Made by a program: the position numbers and the translations under genes. This document shows, piece after piece, positions 34,201 to 46,339 of a DNA stretch of 64,000 nt. Origin of the DNA: Bispira polyomma (taxonomy: Eukaryota); NCBI GenBank assembly GCA_965649765.1, contig OZ287748.1, positions 40,424,001-40,488,000 on the forward strand, read 5' to 3'. Each line of letters opens with the position of its first letter. Positions within the stretch are counted from its first letter, which is position 1. The notes under the pieces are model-generated. The model was not told the DNA's origin. It saw nothing but the letters and a program-made list of their open reading frames with translations, and did not search any database.

Positions 34201-37200
34201 CCATACATAATTAACATATTACAATGACAAAAGACCATACGTAATTAACATATTACAATGACAAAAGACCATACTTAATTAACATATTACAATGACAAAA
34301 GACGATACCAAATTAAGATATTACAGTTCAATGTACTGGGTAATCAGTTCATATATTATACATATGCGCAGCAAACTATTACTATAACATAACTTACAAT
34401 TTCTTTTACATAAGTCACTACAAAAATAACATTACAAACATTATTCACAGATGATTAACAAATACCAGGACAATGACGAAAAAAACAACACCATTCTAAA
34501 TTTTTACTTCAGTTTTCAGTCTATATATTATACACATCACCACAAATACAATTTCACAAAACGCTGCAAAAAAACACACAAAAAAAGAAGACATTACAAT
34601 ACCGAAAGTGTCAGCAGAGTAAAGCATTTAATTATCATGTTGGGCAGTTTCTTGGTATGTCCCGATATTGTGCGATATATAATGAACTAACTTTACCTCT
34701 GATATCGATCTAACAACCCACATGATTGAACTAATAATATTCAACTACTTCATTTTGATGTCTTCCAGCTGTAAGATAATGGAAGCTATCCTTTTAAGAA
34801 GAAAAACAAAAAATGTCTTGAATGGGGATAATATATTTTTGAATAGGGGAAAACCCAATCCAGGCTGCACCCCCTTAGGGGCTCTACTTCTTTTAGTCTT
34901 AGTGTTTAGTATATCTCAGATTTTCAATGGTTATTGTTTTTAAATTGAAACCAAAATGAAGAGATAGAGTAGAACCATTATTATATGTACATACTTGTGC
35001 AGCATGATTTTAGAATTTATAAGTTATTACATGGAAGTTGTTATAACTAACATAATATTAGGAACGCTAATAGGATATTAGTGATAATGTTATTTGAATT
35101 ATTAATTGGTACCTGCAGAAGCTATTTGAACTAGTGGCTTATTACTGAGGACATTGTTCAAACTATTGGCATATTACTGAGGAAGCTATGGACATATTAT
35201 TACGGAGAAAGCTACTTAAAAAATAGGCATATTACTGAGAAAGCCACTTAAAAAATAGGCATATTACTGTGGAAGCTATCTGAACTATTAGCATATTAAT
35301 AGGAAAATTGTAGGTACAGATTGTTTAGCTTATAATTCTGCACAGAGTGTTAAGAACCGTTAAAGTATTGCAAAACCACTGATTGAAGTTGTTGCCATAT
35401 ACTCTTACTATTGTCATATACTCTTGCTTATAGAATAATCTGATTTATCATATGTTAAATTCCGTGCCTCACTGCCTGAAGTGAAAAAACTTTAGCACAT
35501 TTTTTGTGGCTTTTTATGTTTAATAACATAATTGGATGTCATCATCTGAGTCTTATTGTAAAAAGTAAGGAAAGTGTTTGACAATGTTTAATTTTACTGT
35601 CGACAGGAAGGGAAATTAGTGACATTGTCTGTTTACTTTTATTGTAGACAGTAAGGAACGTTAGTGACATATTCTATTGACTTGTTATTTACAAACAGTG
35701 AGGGAAGCCAGTGACATATTGTGTTGACTTGTTATTTACAAACAGTGAGGGAAGCCAGTGACATATTGTGTTGACTTGTTATCTACAAACAGTGAGGGAA
35801 GCCAGTGACATACTGTGTTGACTTGTTATTTACAAACAGTCAGGGAAGCCAGTAACATATTGTGTTGACTTGTTATTTACAAACAGTCAGGGAAACCAGT
35901 GACATTGTGTTGACTTGTTATTTACAAACAGTCAGGGAAGCCAGTGACATATTGTGTTGACTTGTTATTTACAGACAGTAAGGAAAGCCAGTGACATATT
36001 CTATTGACTTGTTGTTATTTACAGACAATGAGGGAAGCCATTGACATATTCTATTGTCTTGTTATTTACAGACAGTGAGAAAAACCAGCGACATATTCTA
36101 TTGATTCTACTCTACAGACAGTGAGGAAAGCCAGTGACATATTCTATTGACTTGTTGTTATTTACAGACAGTGAGGGAAGCCATTGACATATTCTATTGT
36201 CTTGTTATTTACAGACAGTCAGGGAAGCTATTGACATATTCAACTGACTTGTTATGTACAGATAGTGAGGGAAGCCATTGACATATTCTATTGACTTGTT
36301 ATTTACAGACAGGGGGGGAAGCCAGTGACATATTATATTGACTTGTACTCTACAGACAGTGAGGAAAGCCAGTGACATATTCTATTGTCTTGTTGTTATT
36401 TAAAGACAGTGAGGGAAGCCATTGTCATATACTGTTGACTTGTTATATACAGACAGTGAGAGAAGCCATTGACATATTCAACTGACTTGTTATTTACAGA
36501 CAGTTAGGAAAGCCATTGATATATTCTATTGAGTTATTGTTATTTACAGACAGTGAGGGAAGCCATTGACATATTCTATTGACTTGTTATTTACAGACAG
36601 TGAAGGAAGTCATTTACATGTTATAATGACTTGTTGTTATTTACAGACAGTGAGGGAAGCCATTGACATATTCTATTGACATGTTATTATTTACAGACAG
36701 TCAGGAAAGCCAGTGACTTATTCTATTGACTTGTTATTATTTACAGACAGTGAGGGAAGCCATTGACATATACCTTTAACTTGTTGTTATTTACAGACAG
36801 TGAGGGAAGCCATTGACATTGTCCTCATAGTGCTGGCTCTGCTGTGTGGTACCTCTGGTGTTCTATCTCTATTACTGACAGGCCTGTCTCTTTGTACAGA
36901 CACCTGCAAGTGTATCAAGGTAGGGACCTCAGCAGTGTGGTGGTAACACACCTGTCTTCCACCTCTCTTATTGCAGTTTTGAATCTCAGCCCTGGTGTAT
37001 ATGTAGGAAACTACTGTGGCATTGTACTTGCTGTAGGCTGGTAACTTTGACCAACTATCCTTATCTGATTTCCTCCACCAGTGAATTGCCCATCATGATA
37101 CGACACAAAGTTACGTCAAGCCTAAACTACATTTAATCAAGGTAATCACACCTCTAAAGCATTAAATAATTATTGTCAGTAGACGACTTATTATAATAAC

Positions 37201-38514
37201 ATGACAGGCTTGTATCCTCTAATTAGATTGGCAGACTACTTTTGCATAAAAGCCTGTATTTGTTGTTACATTATGGGTTTTCAATGTGCCTTTTTGATGT
37301 AAGGCATCTTCTATAGCCCAACATCAGAATTGATTAGCCATTTTTAATGTTCATAATGCATTACCATCAGTAGTCCATGGTGTGTTCATATCTTACCCAA
37401 CGACGTTATCCTCCAATGACCATTATTGGCGTAGAAGTTAAACTGCAGTCCTCCTGATCATCAGACCAAACCAGCCGTTTGAAATGCCATTCATTGCAAA
37501 TATTAAAACAGAAAAGGAGCTTTTTTAGTAATCTATTTGTAAATGTTAAAATTTGAATAATTCACACCACTCCATAGAAGAGACTAAATTTCACCATTGA
37601 CAGTTTACAAAATAGGAATTTGGATTTCTACAATGGTTTGTCAGAGGATATTAAATTCAGTAAATTATGCCTTCTTAGGATTTATTCAATATGAACTCCA
37701 CTTTGAAATTAGCTTCTGTTTACATTTAGCTTAATTATTATAAACCATTGTCAGAAACGTTTCTGCTCATTCAGTGTACATGTAGCTGGCCAAATGCCGA
37801 CCCTGGCAGTTTCGAAACGGCCCATGACGGTTTCAAAATGGCCACCTGTTTTTCTGGGTCGTTTTAGGACCTAATTAACTTATTAGCTGATCATATTGGG
37901 TGAGACGAATTTTGTACGGATATTGGAAAGTTACTAAAATAGAGTTAAGGAAAAAACACTGAATGTGGGAGAGTGAAATTGAGTTCATAAAATCCAATTT
38001 TCGGATAACAAGTTTAGATAATAGAGGTTTTAACCAAATTAATATTTGTTAACCTTCGGCTTTAAAATATACATTGTAGTCCAGAGTTTTAAATTTTTAT
38101 ATCGATAGTTATTAATATAGCTTTATAACTCCTTACTAATAATAGTACCAAATTAATATTTGCTAACCTTCGGCTTTAAAATATACATTGTATTCCAGAG
38201 TTTTAAATTTTTAATATTGATAGTGATTAATATAGCTTTATAACTCCTTACTATTAAGTGTACAACCTGTAGGTGTTGACTATTTAACAATATTTTTGCA
38301 GGGTGCTAAATATGTAGAGGAGCCAAATGTTCACTATCATCACGATCCTTCAGGAAAAGATGGTACGTTGGAAATATCGTCCACCAATGGGTCACAAGCT
38401 GTAGCCACGGTTACAATCCCAGAATCGAACACCGATAATATTCATAGTTTTGAAAATCCTCAAGCTGTGAGTTCTGTTGCAGCGCAGGTACCAGTGCACC
38501 ACACTAGCACTTGA
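28298..38514 (+). CDS. MS4A/CD20-like four-transmembrane protein, 5 exons, 231 aa
   Basis: Exons 28298-28486 (..YLGMAQIILGFVVLIFSIVG..SGLLTAVF), 31546-31602 (LVPAGIFGVIAGIKK), 33763-33876 (CYMFMIVITMILNLVFFISSL), 36797-36919 (AIDIVLIVLALLCGTSGVLSLLL..C..C), 38302-38514 (polar tail, stop). All introns are GT-AG and phase 0. The TM spacing and LG..QI..G motif are typical of the CD20-like family. Confidence 0.85.
28805..30225. mobile_element. Helentron/HINE-like non-autonomous element with an internal ~146-bp tandem array, in intron 1 of the MS4A-like gene
   Basis: (GCC)n microsatellite near one end (28840), about 7 units containing TTTGACCTTGG..CAAGGTCA (29030-30130), and a terminal hairpin GCATCGG-TTCT-CCGATGC (~30194-30211). 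Confidence 0.7.
30462..31024. mobile_element. PIF/Harbinger-like MITE
   Basis: TIR core GTCACACCTACACGTGTT at both ends; TAA flanks at 30459-30461 and 31025-31027. Confidence 0.8.
31775..32124 (-). mobile_element. tRNA-derived SINE with CORE-like central domain
   Basis: Minus strand: A-box-like TGGACTAATGG, B-box-like GGCTTCAATCC, then GGACAAGGTACTTTAC..CCCAGGTGTATAAATGGGTACC, and a (TTTACA)n tail. Confidence 0.65.
34186..34325. repeat. ~34-bp tandem repeat x4 (TACAATGACAAAAGACCATAC.TAATTAACATAT)
   Basis: Direct reading. Confidence 0.9.
35590..36819 (+). repeat. Tandem array of ~25 x 47-50 bp spanning the exon-4 splice acceptor of the MS4A-like gene
   Basis: Unit TTGTTATTTACAG|ACAGTGAGGGAAGCCATTGACATATTCTATTGAC. 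The last copy runs into the true exon at 36797. Confidence 0.95.
38027..38253. repeat. ~115-bp direct duplication just upstream of the last MS4A-like exon
   Basis: ACCAAATTAATATTTG.TAACCTTCGGCTTTAAAATATAC...TAACTCCTTACTA occurs twice. Confidence 0.9.
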
Positions 38515-41188
38515 ACTGAATCACTTATCACTGTTAAAAGTTTTTTGTCGAGATTATGTACATATACTGTTATTTCTGTAATAAAAGCCTCATGTTGAAA
38601 TGAAGGTGTAACATAATGTTAGACCATTGTGGTAATATGTATCAAGTGACTAAAGTGACTATCCACAAAAATCCTGGATGCTTAAACTTAGGTGAATGAA
38701 ATTTACAATTATTGCCTGAAGTCGAGATTTACCAATTTGTCATCACGTTTTAGTGTAGCACCTGCTGAAATATTGGCATTTGGGGATCTTTTGAAGGGCA
38801 GGCTGGGGGGTGGAGAAAGGGGCCTTTATTACAGAAAATATGGTATCTCCTTGTATATCCAACTGTGATATTCAAGCAAAACCAATGTATTCCAAATATA
38901 TTTATGTACATGTATATACATGTGTTACTACTAGTTTTGTTTGTGATATTGCTAAATGGTATTTATGATGAATTCATCGATTATATATACAATCTGTAAT
39001 AGTCATGTAATACTATAGCTTTGTCTGCAAAAAATGAATTTATATACAATCTTTAATAGTCATGTTTAGATTTATCTGAAAAAATGTGAGTACTAAATGC
39101 AAGAATGCTTAGTTTTTTTTTTCTAATATTGAATGGTAGATGCTCATATGATGACCTTATGACCTTAATCTTTTCGGTGATTGAACACTAGATTTCAGTA
39201 AACTCTAATACACATGCCACATAAAAATGATCATAATCTACTTGTTCAAACATGATGATTGCTAGTCCTGCCTACATGTATGTTGTTTGACATTCAAGAG
39301 ATGCAACAGGAAACTATGTCAAATGCTGCACCAAATAGTTGGTTGCATTTACATGCACAATTATGGAAAACTGGTTGTGCATCATGAGGCTATTGAAAAT
39401 CTCAATGTCAAATTCAAGCTCAAATCTAAGGTCTTTCTATCTCTCATGAGAGTGATGATACATTAAATCTGTCTGCATATTTGAATTCAGCACTGAAAGC
39501 TCTATTAAAATGAATGGTCACAAGTACAGGTTCTCTTATAAGACACAAAATAGCATTCACTTGAGTTATGCCTGAGATTGAGCACAAGTTTGTTTTGAGA
39601 ATATGGAGCCCATGTGTAATTAATGTTAAATATGGTTTAAAACAGATATAATTTTATATTTTGGGGCTGTACTGAGTAGTTAATATGTCCAACACAGTTT
39701 TGTATTGTATACAAGTTCAACATATGAAAGGATTTAGAAACTTTGTTTTAATTTTTTTATTCACTTTTTTATGTAGAGTTCATAACTGGTTGTCAGTTAA
39801 TGTAAAATCTACACAGAATTGGTTAAAATAATCCAAACCAACCTCAAAATCTTCTCTAATACTAATTTTAGTGCATAGAAATATTTGAGTCTGTATTGAC
39901 ACCCAGGATCTGGGATATTAATGGCTGGATCAGATAGGACCCATAACCTTTGGTTCAAGGTAAAACTTGGGTCAAATAGGTCACTTTCCTGTATCTTGTG
40001 TCAAATTTTGGAAACTATTACTTGAAATTCAGTTAAACATACTAAAATATATTTGTACAGTCCACAAACTAGAGAGTTTTTACCCTATCAATATGTTTCA
40101 AGGTCACTTTTATAATATTTCATGAGCCCCCCCCCCCCCCCCCCAAATTTTTTTTATCACAGTTGAAAACCTTTAATTTAAAACTCTGAGGACTATGAAA
40201 AATACTTCTACTGGTACTAGATCAAAATTCCTACTTAATAGGATGGATTTAAAAAGAAGAGAATTTTGTGTAACTTCCTAATGTTGTCCATATAAAAGAG
40301 AAATCAGAGTAACAGAGTTCTACTTGCAATTGTAACTTCATCTTTTTTTTTTGGGGGGGAGGGGGGGAATGAGAGGGAGTAGTTGCTTGTTGCAGGTCTC
40401 CGCAGGTTCAAAATAGTCAAATTTTTCAAATCCAGTTACTCTGGACAGGTGGTTGTTCTTCAGAAGTTGGTTAGTTAAGCAGGTTAGACTGTACGTATAC
40501 TTTTGAAATTTATTTTTATTTCAAACAAGGGTAAAAATGTGTACATATGAACAGAGTCCTATAACAATGGACATGTATATTATTATCGAGAAAATATTTT
40601 ATTAAAACACTTTATGTTCAAAGTTAATTTCCACAAATCCAACTTGAAAAACAGTTGTGTTACTGTATGTGTACATACTGAATATGTTTATCCATTTGTC
40701 AACTATAAAAGTACATTATAGTCAGAAATTTACTGTGCTATGTTTTGCCTTAATATTATTCAAAGTATTTTGTCATCTAGTAGTCGCCCTGGGAATGCAT
40801 TATGTACATTATTGACAATTAAAACAAGACTTGATCAAGTAGCCAATCCCCCAAAAAATGGAAAGTTCAATAAAATGAAAACAAATCATGCCTTTGTGTT
40901 TCTTGCCAATAGGAAGCTTTTAGCAAGGAGAACAATGTTGGTATATGTAATTGGGGGGGCTGCATTAAATATTTGGTTGTATTGACATGCCCCCCCCCCC
41001 CCTCCATAAAAACCCCATCCCCCCACCCCCTCATTTCCACCCCTAAAAGAAAAATAAATCTATATATATATATATGCCTTTCCCCCCCCCCCCCCCCCAA
41101 AAAAAAAAGAAAAAAATATAACACCCCCCCCCCAAAAAAAAACAAACATTGCCCCCCCCCCCCCCTCCCCCCGCCTAAAACAAAAATA

Positions 41189-41325
41189 NNNNNNNNNNNN
41201 NNNNNNNNNNNNNNNNNNNNNNNNNNNNNNNNNNNNNNNNNNNNNNNNNNNNNNNNNNNNNNNNNNNNNNNNNNNNNNNNNNNNNNNNNNNNNNNNNNNN
41301 NNNNNNNNNNNNNNNNNNNNNNNNN
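41189..41325. other. Assembly gap (N run) preceded by low-complexity poly-C/poly-A sequence
   Basis: 137 Ns. The homopolymer-rich 40990-41188 flank looks like low-quality read end. Confidence 0.99.
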
Positions 41326-44300
41326 TACAACTATGAAGTTCTATATAGATGTTCAAATTGTGTGACGTCACAACACAAGAATCGTTTTTTTGGTGTTTTT
41401 ATAGTTTTGTAGCATAGTATTAATCTTTTAAATTGTTTAGACATATAAAAATGGTTACAAATCTTACCAAAGCGTACTTTTAAAGTCATCATAGTTGGTG
41501 TACAGACTAGAAATCATTTTTGTAAAAATAGCTTGCTTTATCCCCGGCCCATTTATGTGTTTACATTACTAAAGCTTTAATATGTCACACAATGGTCAAA
41601 CATTCAAATCTGCTATTTAAAGAACATAAAAGCCTAGAAGGGGAGGCAAAATCAACTTTCAGAGGAACAAGCCAATGGGATAAAATCATAACAAAACCTT
41701 TTTCAACATGTACTGTAGAGGGGTCACACTAGAACTTTTCTGGAGTCCTAATTCTCAAGCAAAACAAAAACCACTTAGTCTTAGACTGCCAATTACATGC
41801 AAACAAAATAGTTTGATATTTTTTTCACTTGAATGGTTGTCTGTAATTATTACATAGCAAATTCTGGTAAAGGTTGGCAACACTTAGAAGGAACTAAAGA
41901 CTAGATAAATAATGGTGGAAATGACACTGAAAAATTTGTACAGTTAAGTAATTTTATTATTAGTCTTATTTACAATCTTGATCATTGCTGAATAGTTCAA
42001 ACACCACAGATTCTACCTTGAACTTTTGAGGAATGGCAATATGACAATAAAGATGAGCTTAAGTTTTGATAAATTGTTCATCAACTACTTATGATGAGTG
42101 TAGGTTCGTTTTTAATTTTACATTCAATAAAACTACATAGACAAAGCCAAAACCCAACTGATTATTAGTCTTATTCCTTACCAGAATTAAGTGCAACATA
42201 TACAGTTTAGTACTCATAAAAATTATTATCAACAAGTAGAGTCTGAGGAAAGAGTAGCAATAGTCTTCTATGTTTCATCAAACTAGCATTCGGTATTAAA
42301 TGGGAGAGAAATGTCACACTAGTGCAGTGTTTATGTTGACTTTGCATTAAAAGGTCAACAGTTGTTTGTAGTAAAGGATTCACAACCATAAGGGATCAAA
42401 GAAAGAAAAAATTGTGTAAAATCTCTGATGGATGTGAAGTAGAGGTAATCATACCAATACCAGCAAAAACCTTTGTGCAAAAGGGCAATCAAGTCAATTT
42501 CTAAATTTTCTTTATGTAGTCAAGGTTAAATTAATATAAAGGGCAGCCTAGCTGGTTTCCTCTAACTGGCCGTGACTGAGAAAAAAAATGATTTCCCAAT
42601 ATTTATATGAATAATCCTTGTAAAGATAAGCTTAAATAGCAAGACAAAATTAAAACATACACATACTTACAAACTAAATTGAGTCCACTAAAACTTTTCA
42701 AATTTCTGGAAGTTAAAAAAAAATATATCACCTGCATTTTTTGATCAGTAGGAAAAACATGCTATTGGAGTATGTGACTCAATATGGGTTGACATATTAC
42801 AATAACTATGGTAGAAGAGCCCAAGAGATATAGTCTATAGTTGTTAACAAGTGTACCACGTAAACTGGTTTATCAAAATGTCACAAAACACTTGGTTTGC
42901 CATAGGAGTGGACGCCAAAACTTCTCTTTAAAATATTGCTAAAAAACAAAACTTAACTAATGTAAACATGCAGAACAAAAATTTCAAGGGAGTTGTAAAT
43001 ATTGGAGACTAAACTTGTTTTAGACTTTAAGTCTAAGACTTTTTGGTCGGCAATCTCTTTTGTCCACATCCAAATCAATATGCAAAGAATAGTCCGATAG
43101 GAGGGAAGGTTCGTGATCAGAGTTTAGTCGTAAGCAGCAGATGAATGTTAAGGTTAGAAAAGTAAGTTGATACTGATGTATTTTGAGAGTTTTTTTTCGG
43201 AAATTTGTAATCCTCATCTCAGTACGAAGACTGGCAAGAAGGCAATTTGATTCAGCAAGTGCTGCAACTTTCAATGAGGTTGACCCTGCTAGTTTTTCGG
43301 GTACGAAGTCAAAGATGAAGACAAAATAATATGTCCACTTGAGTAAAACTTGAAATACAAAAATAATACAATGAATTGGGAATTAGTAACAGTTTATTTC
43401 CAGTAATTTACCAAAATCCACAGAATAAATAATTAACAAAAAACCACTTTTAAATTATATAACTTTTTTTCATTTAAAAAGATTGTGGTTTCTTTGTCAA
43501 TATTTCCCAAAGTTTTGACATAAAACTCCATGAGGCATATGTTTCTTACACGAGAAAGAGACATCTACCTGAAATTTTTCAATTTTTTCACGATAAATCA
43601 CTTTTTACTGCATATATTTTGATATTGCATTATTTGTTAAACTTACCACACAACAAAGTATGAAAGGTGTACTGACAAAAATTAAAACCCCTTTGGGATT
43701 TAAAACTGGATTCAGCAAAGTTTACGGTGTAATTTACATCGCATACATTGTTCATTAATAAGTTATTTTCAGCTAATGTCTTTTGTACTTAACAAGTAAC
43801 CATATATACATGTATGTTCAATCTTTGTTCGTATTCTACTATTCTCACCATAAGGCACCATATATAAAAATGTAAAACTAATCTATTATCAACAAATATA
43901 AAACCTATATGGTTGTAATGAATCTAAAATTCTATGCTTATTTACAATGCACCCACATACTAAATGTTTACTGAAGTTACCTGGGTTTTGTGTTTGTGCT
44001 TTACACTATATTACATCAAATTTAATATAGTATCTATTACAATGAGCATCAGATATGTATTGATTGATATTCTAAAGAATTTGTCGTTACTTTAAAAAAA
44101 AAAGAGATTTACAGGTTCTGTAAAGCATTGTTTAAATCAAACAAATTACGAAAACAACATTATTTGTGTTATATAATTCGATGTAGGCAATGCGAAATGG
44201 ATTGTAATGTACTATGATGTCACATCAAGTACAGTAAAAGAAACTCTATTATCTGAACATGTCAGGAAAACAACATTTTCTTCAGATAATAGAAGGATCA

Positions 44301-46339
44301 TAAAATATAAAAGAGGCACTTTTAGAGGCACAATTGAAATTAGTTAGCTTTTGAAATATATACTTTTATTGACAAAGGGTAGTTTTAGATGTAAGGTTAG
44401 CCAACACTTATGACAGAATTCAAGTCCTTTCAACACGGTCAGGCTGAAAGTACACATCTGTGTGTACTGGAACTGCCGACACATTTGTTATCATGATTAC
44501 CTACAAATTTATGCATTCTGTAACAATTGTTTAAGCTTCAAACAACCAGATTGCCTCAAACACCTTCCCAAGCCAGTAAATTATCTCAATACAAAACTTT
44601 CAGGATTAAGCTTCGTCAAATACCAGCCCCGAAATATAATAAAGACAAGAACAGAGGCTACTAGTAGACATTCTATCTGGAAGGAAAGTTCACTATTTTA
44701 CAACTTTTGAGAAGTTCACTGGAATTGATTTTCACTATCGGTTAAGTTTTACTTACAAGATCAACACAAATTTATATTTTCACTAGTAATTAAGTTTCAC
44801 CATCCCAACTCATTAGCCATAATAGCTGACATTTATTCCCAGTGATTGTTGTAACTTATACAGTCAATTCAGTGCAGTAAATGACCATCGCATGTATTAC
44901 TGATGACCACAAGATTACATCTCAATGACAGGACATGAATCTGTGACGTCCAATGTCTTATTACTAGAAGCAGGCAAGAAAGACATCTTTTCTTTAAGAG
45001 TGTTTATTTTTGCTCTTGTTTATTAACAGAGCATCAACCACATATTGGTAAATGAATATAATGGTTTTCTGATATGATTTTGTCCTTGGGTCATTTTTAC
45101 TATAATTCATCTTTTTTTGTATATATGGTGTTCATGATGTTGATACACTCCCACATCCCAATTCAACACTGATCAATCATCTTAGTATTCTCCTACAGCT
45201 TCCTCTTTTAGCTTTCAAAGGAAATCAAAAGCGGGACTCTTTCTGGGGAAGATATTCTTGTAGTCACCTAATTGAGAAGCTTTTATCCTCTGGTACAAAC
45301 AAGGTGATATCAGTTCACAACAGTCACACATAACGTGGCCACATTAGTCCAGTAGAAGTTCATTATCATCTATATTTCCAGGTGTGTGTTTTCCCAATAC
45401 AGTTAGGGTTTCCACAGATTTATTGTGTGAGTTAGGGATCACACACTTAACCCAATTTTATCTAAATATTTATGAATTAATTTTCACTTTCCCAAATCTA
45501 TGTTTTCCTATTGTTTTATACTCAAATGGCCCTTTCATTTTATGAACCTTCAAGTGTCAAATTAAATCGTACATTTTTGATGATATAGGTTCTACAGTAT
45601 CTTGAAAAACACCTTTAAATTTATTTTCTGAAACAAAGTATACCATACTGAAAGTAGATTAACTGAACACTTTAATGTATCACCATCTATAGTATCAAAG
45701 ATAATGCTAACGCATGTGAAAAAGAAGAAATGTGATCTACATTAGGTAATTATTTGAAAAGTTATCATAGCTCACTTTTAGTTAAAAAGTTCTTTGCAAT
45801 ATAAACTTGTAAAGACTATTGAACCTACTATTTGTTATATATACGCGGTTACACATATCTAATATCTGCCACCTATAAAACCGTTACAAATGCACATATC
45901 AAAACACGATAAAAGAAATCACAAAGGAAATTTTTTAGTATACAATTAAACAATATAATCACAACAATCCAGTCCACAAATTTTTATCACAGTAGAAAAT
46001 CTGCAGCTTTTTCAGGAATGTTGAAAAGAACTTGCTTAACCTAATCAGTAACAAAATTTTATAAAAAAACAACACACAAGAAAACCTTAACCCATTCACC
46101 ACTGATGGAGAAAAATTTTACTATATCAAGGGAAAATACTTTGACCCTCTCCAGTAATACCAGCTATGTACACAGTTCTACTGATTGTTATAACAAAGGG
46201 AACACATTTGTAATGAAGGAAAAGTTAAACTAGAAAACGGTTTTTGATAACAAAAACGAAGCATCTCTAAAGTTGAAATAGTAATGAAATTGTTTAGTGT
46301 ACAAGGTTTGATATTGTTTAAAAGTTGACATATAAGCAG

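Noticed and set aside
35590-36819. CRISPR-like periodicity
   Set aside because: No unique spacers, eukaryotic intron context and no cas genes; the units are tandem copies of a splice junction.
38027-38253. Possible further junction-spanning duplication
   Set aside because: It ends ~45 nt before the acceptor at 38300-38301 and contains no exon sequence.
40867-41371. Pro/Gly-rich ORFs
   Set aside because: Artefacts of homopolymer runs beside the assembly gap.
43020-43274. 84-aa minus-strand ORF in repeat-poor sequence
   Set aside because: No recognisable homology and no convincing splice sites.
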